A DNA stretch of 63,574 bases from sequence record SRR22947727_139. One strand, 5' to 3'. The notes below the pieces were generated by a model that worked only from the letters and a program-made list of their open reading frames with translations, made no database searches and had not been told where the DNA came from. A program made the translations under genes and the position numbers. Of this stretch, positions 10,418 to 19,616 are shown one piece after another. Numbering within the stretch: position 1 is the first letter of the stretch; each line of letters starts with the position of its first letter.

Positions 10418-11851
10418 ATGAAACTTTATAAAAATTACATAGACGGCAAATGGTTAGATAGCGAATCAAAAGATGTTATTCAAGTTGATGATCCTGCAAC
10501 AGGTAACATTATAGGTGAAATTTCATGTGCAAAAAAGAATGAGGTAGATCTTGCTGTGTCTGCAGCAAAAGCAGCCTTTAATTCAAGAATATTAGTTGAT
10601 ATGCCTTTACTTGAAAGAGGTAAGCTAATGCACCGAATTGCAGATGAAACAAGAAAAATTGCTGATGAAGGCGGAAAAATGCTTTGCTATGAAAATGGCA
10701 AAATGCTCGGTTCAGCTATAAAAGAATTTAATGATGTGGCTGATATGTTTGATTATTATGCTGGTCTTACCGATAAACTCGAAGGCAAAACAATTCCCGT
10801 CTCACCTACAATATTTGATTATACTGTTTTGGAACCTTTTGGTGTTTCAGCCCATATTGTTCCATGGAACTTTCCTATATCAATGGTTGGCAGATCTCTT
10901 GCTTGTTCCTTTGCAACAGGAAATTCTACAATTGTAAAGACAGCTGAATTAACACCTCTTTCAGCTACTTTTCTTGCTAAAGCAATTGAAAATGCAGGAG
11001 TTCCAAATGGCCTTATTAATATAATTTGTGGTTATGGAAATGAAGCTGGTTCCTATTTAGTGTCACACCCTGATGTTAATCATGTAGTATTTACAGGATC
11101 AGTTTCGACTGGAAAAAAAATATTACATTCATGTGCAGATAAAACAATTCCTGCCGTTATTGAGCTTGGCGGAAAGTCAGCAGGTATTGTTTATGAAGAT
11201 GCCGATCTTGATCAAGTAATAGAGAGCGCTCGTCACGGTATATTTGGAGTTGCAGGACAAATATGTACTGCAATGTCAAGATTAGTTGTTCACAAATCAG
11301 TAAAAGATGAATTAATTGGAAAGCTTGTAGATTTAAGTAAATCTCTTAAAGTTGGACCTGGGTATGAAGAAGGCACGGGGTTAACACCTATTATTTCAGA
11401 AAAACAATTGGAAAAAGTAGAAGGTTATGCAAGATCAGGAGTTCAACAAGGTGCAGAAGCTGTTCATGGTGGAAAAAGAGCAGACCGTGAAGGCTATTTT
11501 ATGGAAGCGACAGTATTAAATAATGTTAAGCAAGACTCATCTGTAGCGCGTGAAGAAATTTTTGGTCCTGTTTTATCTGTTCTTGAATATGAAGATCAAG
11601 ATGAAGCAATTCACATTGCTAATGATACTGATTTTGGATTAGGAGCAGGAGTGTTTACAAAAGATTTGAAAAAAGCATCATGGACTGCAAGTAAGTTAGA
11701 GTCAGGACAAGTTTATGTTAATAAATGGTTTGCTGGCAATCATGCAACTCCTTTTGGAGGCTATAAACAATCAGGGTATAGTAGAGAGAAAGGTGTTGAT
11801 GCTTTAAAATCATATCTTCAAGTTAAAAACGTTGGGATAAGCTTAGATTAA
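10418..11851 (+). CDS. NAD(P)-dependent aldehyde dehydrogenase
   Basis: PWNFP, FTGS, ELGGKS, GQICTA, EEIFGP, PFGGYKQSG. Confidence 0.93.
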   Translation: MKLYKNYIDGKWLDSESKDVIQVDDPATGNIIGEISCAKKNEVDLAVSAAKAAFNSRILVDMPLLERGKLMHRIADETRKIADEGGKMLCYENGKMLGSAIKEFNDVADMFDYYAGLTDKLEGKTIPVSPTIFDYTVLEPFGVSAHIVPWNFPISMVGRSLACSFATGNSTIVKTAELTPLSATFLAKAIENAGVPNGLINIICGYGNEAGSYLVSHPDVNHVVFTGSVSTGKKILHSCADKTIPAVIELGGKSAGIVYEDADLDQVIESARHGIFGVAGQICTAMSRLVVHKSVKDELIGKLVDLSKSLKVGPGYEEGTGLTPIISEKQLEKVEGYARSGVQQGAEAVHGGKRADREGYFMEATVLNNVKQDSSVAREEIFGPVLSVLEYEDQDEAIHIANDTDFGLGAGVFTKDLKKASWTASKLESGQVYVNKWFAGNHATPFGGYKQSGYSREKGVDALKSYLQVKNVGISLD

Positions 11852-13086
11852 TTAAAGCGACTTGGGTTAAAAGGCTCTATGTCAATATTAGGAACTCTTT
11901 CATTACATATTGAATTAATTATTTTTCCTGTAACTGCGCCTAATGTCCAACCAATATGCTGATGTCCAAATGCATAAATAATGTTTTTATTTTTTTTGGA
12001 CGGACCAATAACTGGTAAGGAGTCAGGTAATGTTGGCCTGAAACCCAACCAGGTACTTTTTACACTATTAAGATCTGGTAGTAATTTTCTAGCTTGATTT
12101 TCAATCATTTTTGTTCTTTTTTTATTCGCAGGTTTGCTTAAACCTGCAATTTCTACTGTCCCTGCAGCTCTTAAACCTTCTTCTAACTGAACCAGATAGA
12201 AACCAGTTTGGGACCAGCCTATTGGTCTATTAATTAGTCCATGATTATCAAACATAACATGATAACCTCGTTCAGTATCCAAAGGAAAATTATCACCAAA
12301 TTTTTTTGACAAATTATTTGACCATGCACCAGCGCATATAATTACTTTTTCATAATTATATTTATTGTCATTATAATTTAAAGTAATTAAATTATTTTCT
12401 GAAATTACATCATTGACTTCATTTTGAATAAAATTTCCTCCATTATTAATAAAGCTTTCGAATATTTTTTTACTAATCATTAAGGGATTAGTTGTGTGAC
12501 GAGAACCAATAAAAATTTGACCATTGTAAAATATAGGAGCCAGACTTGGTTCTAATTCTAATATTTCATTTTTAGATAAAGTTTTTATTTTTACTCCATT
12601 TCTCTGCCTTAAATCATTAGTTGTTTTCGCTTTTAAAAACTCACTTTCATTTTGATATAAGTATAGAGCCTCTTCATTTTTTATATATTCTGAAACATTT
12701 ATATCTGTAAAGATCTCATCATAACTAATACTCGCATTATTTAGAAGATTGCCTAAAGAGTTAGAGATGTATTCAACTTTTTTGGTTGTACAATTTTGTA
12801 AGAATGTTCTCACCCAATTAAGATTTTTAAGTACATGAAAAAAATCAATAGCTAGAGGACCGTTACTTTTAAATAACATGGAGGGAATATTTTTGAATAA
12901 ATCAGGTGAATTTACTGGCACACATGCATAGTCAGCAAACGTGCACGCATGTCCGTAGCTTGTCATAGAGCCAGGTTCGTTCTTGTCTAATAGGGTAACT
13001 TGAAAACCATTTTTTTGTAAAAAATACGCAGAACAAATTCCACTAATTCCGGCACCAACCACTGCTATTTGTGGTTTTGATTTCAT
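11848..13086 (-). CDS. FAD-dependent D-amino acid dehydrogenase (DadA family)
   Basis: GAGISG, TERGYH, WLGFRPTLPDSLPVIG, AFGHQHIGWTLG. Confidence 0.88.
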   Translation of the reverse strand: MKSKPQIAVVGAGISGICSAYFLQKNGFQVTLLDKNEPGSMTSYGHACTFADYACVPVNSPDLFKNIPSMLFKSNGPLAIDFFHVLKNLNWVRTFLQNCTTKKVEYISNSLGNLLNNASISYDEIFTDINVSEYIKNEEALYLYQNESEFLKAKTTNDLRQRNGVKIKTLSKNEILELEPSLAPIFYNGQIFIGSRHTTNPLMISKKIFESFINNGGNFIQNEVNDVISENNLITLNYNDNKYNYEKVIICAGAWSNNLSKKFGDNFPLDTERGYHVMFDNHGLINRPIGWSQTGFYLVQLEEGLRAAGTVEIAGLSKPANKKRTKMIENQARKLLPDLNSVKSTWLGFRPTLPDSLPVIGPSKKNKNIIYAFGHQHIGWTLGAVTGKIINSICNERVPNIDIEPFNPSRFN

Positions 13087-13090
13087 AAAA

Positions 13091-13987
13091 CTATCTTGAT
13101 TTAATTCCTCGTAATTTTTCTGAGCGTCTTCTTAATAACTCTACGGTTGTTAATAAAAGTATTGATAATATAACTAAACAAGTAGCCATACATAAGATTA
13201 CTGGACTTATTTCTTGACGAATACCTGCCCACATTTGTTTTGGAATTGTTAACTGGTCTAAACTTGCCATAAACATAACTATGACAACCTCATCAAAAGA
13301 AGTAATAAATGCGAATAAAGCACCTGATATTACTCCAGGTAAAATTAAAGGCATAATTACTTTGAAGAAAGTTCTTACTGGTCTTGCCCCTAAGCTTTGT
13401 GAAGCCTTTACCATATTCATATCAAAGCCTACTAAAGTTGCAGTAACTGTAATTACTACAAATGGAGTTGCTAATGCTACATGAGCTAAAATAATACCTG
13501 TAAAGGAGTATACAAGGTTAATTCTTGCATAGAAAAAGAACATTCCAGCCGCTGTAATAATTAAAGGAACTATCATTGGTGAAATAAGAATTGCCATTAT
13601 TAAACCTTTGTAAGGCATATGCGGTCTGCTAAGACCTAAAGCGGCAAGCGTACCAAGAGTTGTTGCTATAAATGTTGCAACAAAACCAATAAAGAAACTA
13701 TTTACCGTACCTATCATCCATTTATTTGAGCAAGGAACTGTTGAAGAAACTACATCAGCACTACAATTTCCTATCATATTTTTATACCATCTGAGTGACC
13801 AAGCATCAGGATCAGGAGGCCAGGTTAGCATCTCATCAGTAAACACCATGAAAGGAGATACACTAAACGAAATTGGAATAATTGCTATTAGTGGAGCGAT
13901 CAAAAAAAAGAAAACTACACCACAAAAAAATAAATATGCATAATAATAAGTTCTTTGAACTGGTGTTGCATAACTAGGTAATGCCAT
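13091..13987 (-). CDS. potC: Polyamine-type ABC permease (PotC/PotI family)
   Basis: SPMIVP, ASQSLGA, GALFAFITSFDE; family-level call. Confidence 0.85.
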   Translation of the reverse strand: MALPSYATPVQRTYYYAYLFFCGVVFFFLIAPLIAIIPISFSVSPFMVFTDEMLTWPPDPDAWSLRWYKNMIGNCSADVVSSTVPCSNKWMIGTVNSFFIGFVATFIATTLGTLAALGLSRPHMPYKGLIMAILISPMIVPLIITAAGMFFFYARINLVYSFTGIILAHVALATPFVVITVTATLVGFDMNMVKASQSLGARPVRTFFKVIMPLILPGVISGALFAFITSFDEVVIVMFMASLDQLTIPKQMWAGIRQEISPVILCMATCLVILSILLLTTVELLRRRSEKLRGIKSR

Positions 13988-13989
13988 AT

Positions 13990-15255
13990 TTATCCTAACT
14001 TAATGTTATCAATGCCAACAATTTTATTATAAAGCCAATAAAAAACCAACATAATTCCTAAAAGAATTGCGCCAAGTGCAGCGCACAATCCCCAATTCAA
14101 AGTTGTTTTAAGATGATATGCAATCCAACTTCCAATCAACTTGCCATCTTTTCCACCTACTAATTCAGGAGTAATAAAGTACCCTATGGCTAAAACAAAG
14201 ACGAGTAATCCCCCAGCACTCATACCTGGTATTGTTTGTGGTAAATATACTTTCCAGAATGCTAGAGCTGGCTTTGCACCTAAATTTTGTGCTGCTCGCA
14301 TATGACTTTTTGGAATTACCCTCATAACACTATATAAAGGGAGTATCATAAATGGGAGTAATATCTGTGTCATTGCAATTAAAGTTCCAGTTTCATTATA
14401 AACCATCTGAATTCTTCCATCATCACTTATAATACCAAGCCAAACAAGAACACCGTTTATAACACCGTTTTGTTGAAGCATAATAATCCAAGCAGTAGTC
14501 CTTACAAGTAAAGATGTCCAAAATGGAAGAAGTACAAAAATCATTAATAGATTGCTGTACCTTAAGGGGAGATTTGCAAGAAGATGAGCAACTGGAAATC
14601 CTAATATTAAACAAAAGAATGTGACATAAATACTAACCTTAAATGTTTTAATCCATGTTTTAACATAAACTCTTCTGTCTTCATTTTGCTGAACTACTTT
14701 TTGATTTTCATCATAGGTTCTATCTACAGCATTATAATAATAAATAGGCGTTTGATTATTAACCATTTGTCCAACCGCATACCAATAAGTAGGATCAGCC
14801 CACCTTTCATTTGTTTCAATTAAAAAACTTTTATATGAAACTGGTAACTCATTTTTTTTAATAACTTTTTTTATTTCTCTTGATGTTTTTTTAATCAAAC
14901 TTTTCCAACCAGACTTAGAATAGTTCATTCTTGTAAGAGCTCTTCCAACCTTTATTTTTTCTCCATAAGCTAGCTCTTCAAATAAAGCTTTGAATACTGA
15001 CTCAGGAGGAAGCTCATCTTTTTCTTTGTTCCATTTTTTATATTCTTCAAAAGTTTTTGGGAAGACAGTATTGATTTGAGAGTCATCAACACTTCTTAAT
15101 AGCATGTCACCAATTGGCATTACAAAGGTTACAATAATAAATAGCAATAAAGGAAACACCAATAAAAATGCTCTTATTTTATTTTTACGTTCAGCTTTTT
15201 TTAAGCTTTGCTTTAATGGAACGCCATCAGTAGTTAGTAATTCTGCGGTAGAAAT
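13990..15255 (-). CDS. potB: Polyamine-type ABC permease (PotB/PotH family); probable ATT start at 15255 (ORF track start 15162)
   Basis: LLPFWTSLLVRT, LLPFMILPLY, AAQNLGA; frame extends upstream as ISTAELLTTDGVPLKQSLKKAERKNKIRAF with GGGAGG 5 nt before the ATT. Confidence 0.85.
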   Translation of the reverse strand: MSTAELLTTDGVPLKQSLKKAERKNKIRAFLLVFPLLLFIIVTFVMPIGDMLLRSVDDSQINTVFPKTFEEYKKWNKEKDELPPESVFKALFEELAYGEKIKVGRALTRMNYSKSGWKSLIKKTSREIKKVIKKNELPVSYKSFLIETNERWADPTYWYAVGQMVNNQTPIYYYNAVDRTYDENQKVVQQNEDRRVYVKTWIKTFKVSIYVTFFCLILGFPVAHLLANLPLRYSNLLMIFVLLPFWTSLLVRTTAWIIMLQQNGVINGVLVWLGIISDDGRIQMVYNETGTLIAMTQILLPFMILPLYSVMRVIPKSHMRAAQNLGAKPALAFWKVYLPQTIPGMSAGGLLVFVLAIGYFITPELVGGKDGKLIGSWIAYHLKTTLNWGLCAALGAILLGIMLVFYWLYNKIVGIDNIKLG

Positions 15256-15266
15256 AGAAACCTCCC

Positions 15267-15296
15267 AATTAAAAAGGCGAGATAAATCTCGCCTTT
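15267..15296 (-). terminator. Intercistronic hairpin with U-tract after the substrate-binding protein gene
   Basis: Inverted repeat AAAGGCGAGA-N4-TCTCGCCTTT at 15273-15296; the minus strand runs out into TTTTTAATT. Confidence 0.8.
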
Positions 15297-15327
15297 AAAT
15301 TAAATTATTTTAGTTACTTAAGCAACC

Positions 15328-16431
15328 TTAGTTGCCCATCCAAGCTGCATAACGTTCGTTAATTTCAGCACCGTTATCAGACCACCATTGTGGGTCACTT
15401 ACGATTGAAACTGCTAAACGCTCAGGCGTGTTAGGCATATGAGGCATAATATCTACTCCACCTGGTCCCCAAGGCTCATTATTTTGAATGATTGGAATAC
15501 CAGAAGCTCTCATTGGTCCATAAGTAATATATTTAGCTTGTTCTGCTTGTGCTTCAGGAGTTGAAGCATGCATCATGAAATCAACAGCAACATCTCTGTT
15601 AGGAGCGCCAGTCATTAAACATAGATATTCTTGATCAAGAACTTGACCTTCCCAAATATATTCAAAGTTTTCACCTTCAGCAAGATTAGCTGCACCTACA
15701 CGACCATTGTATGCAATAGCCATAACCACTTCACCACTTTTTACTAATTCAAGCGGCTGAGAACCTGCAGACCAAAATACTATATCATCTTTAATTGTAT
15801 CTAGTTTTGCAAATGCTCTATCAAGTGCACCAGTTTGTTTTTCTAAAACTGTTGGAACTGCATTTGGCTTAACACCATCTGCAACCATAGCTTTTTCGAT
15901 TATACCTGTTGCCCATGTATGAATACCTCTTTTACCTGGAAATTTTTCAGTATCAAAGAAGTCAGCCATTGAAGCTGGTTTTTCACCAGGAAATGCATCT
16001 GGATCAAAGAACACAACATAAGTCCAGAAAATTTGTGGAACACAACAATCCCAACCTGAGTTGTATTCAAGACCATTATTTTCCATATCTTCTAACATTG
16101 ATTCACCGTCAGGTCCTGGAGTTGATAGATCAGCTATTTCTGAAGAAATGTCTTCAAATAAACCTTCATCACAACCAGTGATTGCATCACTTGGAAGTAC
16201 ATCTACTAAATCCCATGTTACACTTCCACTTTCAACCTGAGCTCTAACTTCACCTAAACCACCGTTGTAGTTTTCGAATTGAATTGCACTTGGATCTGAA
16301 TAAGTATCAGCGTACGCTTTTTGTTGACTTTCTGTATAAGCACCACCCCATGAAGCAACTGTAACTGCTTTCGCAGAAAAAGATGCAACAGCAAAAGATG
16401 CTATTAAGAAAACTTTAAGTAATTTTGACAT
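15328..16431 (-). CDS. potD: ABC substrate-binding protein, PotD/PotF family
   Basis: Signal peptide ending AKA, SWGGAY, WDLVD, FPGKRG, YNGR; ligand not established. Confidence 0.85.
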   Translation of the reverse strand: MSKLLKVFLIASFAVASFSAKAVTVASWGGAYTESQQKAYADTYSDPSAIQFENYNGGLGEVRAQVESGSVTWDLVDVLPSDAITGCDEGLFEDISSEIADLSTPGPDGESMLEDMENNGLEYNSGWDCCVPQIFWTYVVFFDPDAFPGEKPASMADFFDTEKFPGKRGIHTWATGIIEKAMVADGVKPNAVPTVLEKQTGALDRAFAKLDTIKDDIVFWSAGSQPLELVKSGEVVMAIAYNGRVGAANLAEGENFEYIWEGQVLDQEYLCLMTGAPNRDVAVDFMMHASTPEAQAEQAKYITYGPMRASGIPIIQNNEPWGPGGVDIMPHMPNTPERLAVSIVSDPQWWSDNGAEINERYAAWMGN

Positions 16432-16461
16432 ATTTTTCCTCCTGTTTATAAATTAATCTTA

Positions 16462-16487
16462 GAATTATATATGTCGATATATAATTC
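16462..16487. repeat. Perfect 11-bp inverted repeat upstream of the binding-protein gene
   Basis: GAATTATATAT-GTCG-ATATATAATTC. Confidence 0.8.
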
Positions 16488-16549
16488 CTTAATAACATGT
16501 AGAAATATTAAAAAAAAGGGGAAAAAAGCCGCAGAATTATGTAATTTTA

Positions 16550-17647
16550 TTAAGATGGCAGGTCTAAAGCTCTTATATCCTCAGGATTCCAATTTAATTT
16601 TATTGAATCACCTTCATTATAATTAAAAGATCCTTCATTTGGAACTTTAACGATGAATTCATTATTACCACATACATCAAGTCTTACCCTAATATGATCA
16701 CCTAAATAAATAAGCTCTTCTACTTTACCAGTAAATACATTTTCACCATTTCCTTCAGTCCCTAATGACACTCTTTCAGGTCTAACAGAGAGCTGGGTTT
16801 TTTCTCCAACTTCCCCAACATTCACTTTTAAAGCTTTAACTGTCCCTGCTCCATTTTCTAAATCAACAGAGCAATAATTATTTTCCATATTTTTTATTGT
16901 TCCAGTCATTCTATTATTCTCACCAATAAATTGAGCCACAAATGAGTTTTCTGGTTTTTCGTATAATATATCTGGCGTCGATAATTGCTGAACTAACCCA
17001 TCATTAAAAACTGCAATTCTATTTGACATTGTTAGAGCTTCACTTTGATCATGAGTTACATAAACTACTGTGATACCAATTCTATCATGAATATGCTTGA
17101 TCTCATATTGCATTTGTTCTCTTAAATTTTTATCTAAAGCCCCAAGTGGCTCATCCATTAAAACTAAACGAGGTTCAAATACTAAGGCCCTTGCTAGAGC
17201 TACTCTTTGTTGTTGACCTCCAGATAATTGTGCAGGAAAGCGAGTACCAAAATCACCAAGCTCAACCATATCTAGTGCTTTTTTAACTTTTTCTTTTGTA
17301 TCTTCTTTGGATATTTTTCTTACCTCAAGAGGGAAGGCTAAATTTTCTTGAACTGTCATGTGTGGAAAAAGAGCATAATTTTGAAATACCATTCCAATTT
17401 CTCTTTCATATGGAGGTATTTTACTAATTGGCATTCCATCAAGAAATATTTCTCCATTCGTTGGAGTCTCAAATCCAGCCAACATCATAAGAGTTGTAGT
17501 TTTCCCAGAACCTGATGGGCCTAACATTGTTACAAATTCACCTTTAGCAATATCTAAATTTAAATTTTTAACTACAAGCACATCTCCATCATAACTTTTG
17601 TCTATTTTATCAAATTTTACAAAGGCTTTTTCTGTTTCTGAACTCAT
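16550..17647 (-). CDS. potA: Polyamine-type ABC ATPase (PotA family); likely start ATG 17647
   Basis: GPSGSGKT, LSGGQQQR, DEPLGALD, VTHDQ, C-terminal TOBE-like region. Confidence 0.9.
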   Translation of the reverse strand: MSSETEKAFVKFDKIDKSYDGDVLVVKNLNLDIAKGEFVTMLGPSGSGKTTTLMMLAGFETPTNGEIFLDGMPISKIPPYEREIGMVFQNYALFPHMTVQENLAFPLEVRKISKEDTKEKVKKALDMVELGDFGTRFPAQLSGGQQQRVALARALVFEPRLVLMDEPLGALDKNLREQMQYEIKHIHDRIGITVVYVTHDQSEALTMSNRIAVFNDGLVQQLSTPDILYEKPENSFVAQFIGENNRMTGTIKNMENNYCSVDLENGAGTVKALKVNVGEVGEKTQLSVRPERVSLGTEGNGENVFTGKVEELIYLGDHIRVRLDVCGNNEFIVKVPNEGSFNYNEGDSIKLNWNPEDIRALDLPS

Positions 17648-17724
17648 ATGTATTAACTGTTTTTTAGTTGTTGTAGTGTGAATACCTGTCATAAGAGCAT
17701 TAGTCAAAAAAAAATTGAAATAAT

Positions 17725-18588
17725 ATGAATATTTTAGGAATAGGATTTGCTTTAGCAGCAGGAGTATTTTTTGGTATTATTGGGCCTATTACAAAAACAG
17801 CCTATAATCTCGGTGCAGGGATAGGTTTGGCAATTTTCCTTCGATATATTGTTGCACTTTTAATTGTAGCTCCCTTAATACCCTATCAAAAAGATTTAAT
17901 AAAAACTTATAAAGAAAATTTAAGTAATTTTCTTCTAATCACAATCGCCTCAATAATGCTTACAACTGGATTACTTATATCGGTAACTTATATAAATGTA
18001 AGCTTAACAATTATTATTTTTTGCACCTATCCTATAATTGTTTTAACAATATCAATATTCATCACAAAAGAAAAAATTCAAAACATAATTAAAATTTTAT
18101 TTGTAACTACTTTTTTTGGACTTTTTCTTGCCTTAAGCCCCTCATCAGAAAGCCTTAAAGTTCAAGGTATAATATTTGCTTTAATTGCTTCTTTAGGGGC
18201 ATCAATAATGATTGTGACTAATCAAACAATGTCACAAAAAAATATTTTACCTATTCAAATTAATATTTTTATTAATTTTTTTAATACAATTTTCTTTTTT
18301 ATAATTTTAAGTATATTTTTTAAAATTGATATTGATGTAAGTGTTAATACTTTTTTAATTTTATTAATACCTTCTTTCTCTTATGCGATTGCGTTGTTTC
18401 TTCAGTTACTAGCGATACCGAGAATAGGGCAAACAAATACAGCCTTATTTTTATATTTAGAACCAATTACAGGAATATTTGGGGCTGTTTTGATTCTCAA
18501 TGAACAACTTTCACCAATGCAGTTATTAGGTACGGCAATTGTTTTGGTAAGCCTTGCAGCTTCAACTTTTGTAACAAGAAAAATTTAA
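17725..18588 (+). CDS. DMT/EamA family transporter
   Basis: About 10 TM helices in two repeats, YP and LEP motifs, ILNEQLS. Confidence 0.85.
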   Translation: MNILGIGFALAAGVFFGIIGPITKTAYNLGAGIGLAIFLRYIVALLIVAPLIPYQKDLIKTYKENLSNFLLITIASIMLTTGLLISVTYINVSLTIIIFCTYPIIVLTISIFITKEKIQNIIKILFVTTFFGLFLALSPSSESLKVQGIIFALIASLGASIMIVTNQTMSQKNILPIQINIFINFFNTIFFFIILSIFFKIDIDVSVNTFLILLIPSFSYAIALFLQLLAIPRIGQTNTALFLYLEPITGIFGAVLILNEQLSPMQLLGTAIVLVSLAASTFVTRKI

Positions 18589-19562
18589 AAGTGATTTCGC
18601 ATAAAACTTAACCAGTTACTGCCTACTATTTTATGTGCAGTTTTTTCACTGATACCATTTAAAATCATTCCTTTTAAAAAGGCTGATATGTCTTCGGGTT
18701 TAGAATACCAAGTTACTGGCTTAGGCCAACTTGCATTTTTATTATTAGATTCTCCATAATCAATTTTTTTTGTCCATTTTCCATTACGCATCCACATAAC
18801 TACACTGTCTGGCCAATTCATACATAAGTCAGACCCAATACCAATATTATCTTCCCCTATCATATTAACTAATTGATTAATCATCTCACAGAATTCCTCT
18901 AGCTTGCAATCACCATGATTTTTTAAATGGTAAGGGTAAAGACTTAAACCTATAAAGCCGTTATTTTTTGCTAACTGTTTCAAAACTTCATCATCAATGT
19001 TTCTAATTGATTGATGAAAAAAATTTGGGTTAGCATGTGAGATTGTAACAGGTTTTTTTGAAAAATTTATTGCATCCAAACAAGTTTGCCTTCCAGCATG
19101 ACTTAAATCTACAATCATTCCTAAACGATTCATTTCCTCGATTACTTGTTCACCAAACCTTGATACTCCAGAGTCATTTTTTTCATAACAACCACCTGCT
19201 AGAGGAGTTTGATTATTATATGTTAGTTGCATAAAACGCAGGCCCTTATTAAAAAACTGTTCTACCAAAAAAATATCATTCGCAATTGGAGCAGAGTTTT
19301 GAAAACCATAAATTATACCTATTCTATTTGATTTTTTAGCCTCCATAATGTCTGAGGATTTTTTAACGTGAAACAATAAGTCACTATTTGATTGTATAAG
19401 ATTATCCCAGTAATCCATTTTCTCAAATGACTCTTTTGTATCTTCCCAATAGACTAGAGTAGCATGAATAGCTGTTAAGCCGCCGGCATGAGCCTTTTCA
19501 AATAGGTCTCTATTCCAGTTCACATATTCGAGACCATCAATAAGTATAGTGTCATTATCCAT
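18585..19562 (-). CDS. Membrane dipeptidase (M19)-like amidohydrolase with atypical metal site
   Basis: QLTYNNQ, DSGVSRFG, EMNRLGMIVDLSH, SHAN, RNIDD, GIGSD. Confidence 0.85.
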   Translation of the reverse strand: MDNDTILIDGLEYVNWNRDLFEKAHAGGLTAIHATLVYWEDTKESFEKMDYWDNLIQSNSDLLFHVKKSSDIMEAKKSNRIGIIYGFQNSAPIANDIFLVEQFFNKGLRFMQLTYNNQTPLAGGCYEKNDSGVSRFGEQVIEEMNRLGMIVDLSHAGRQTCLDAINFSKKPVTISHANPNFFHQSIRNIDDEVLKQLAKNNGFIGLSLYPYHLKNHGDCKLEEFCEMINQLVNMIGEDNIGIGSDLCMNWPDSVVMWMRNGKWTKKIDYGESNNKNASWPKPVTWYSKPEDISAFLKGMILNGISEKTAHKIVGSNWLSFMRNHF

Positions 19563-19616
19563 ATTATTTAACTTCTAATAGTGAAAAAATTGATAATCCA
19601 CTATATACATTTGTAT

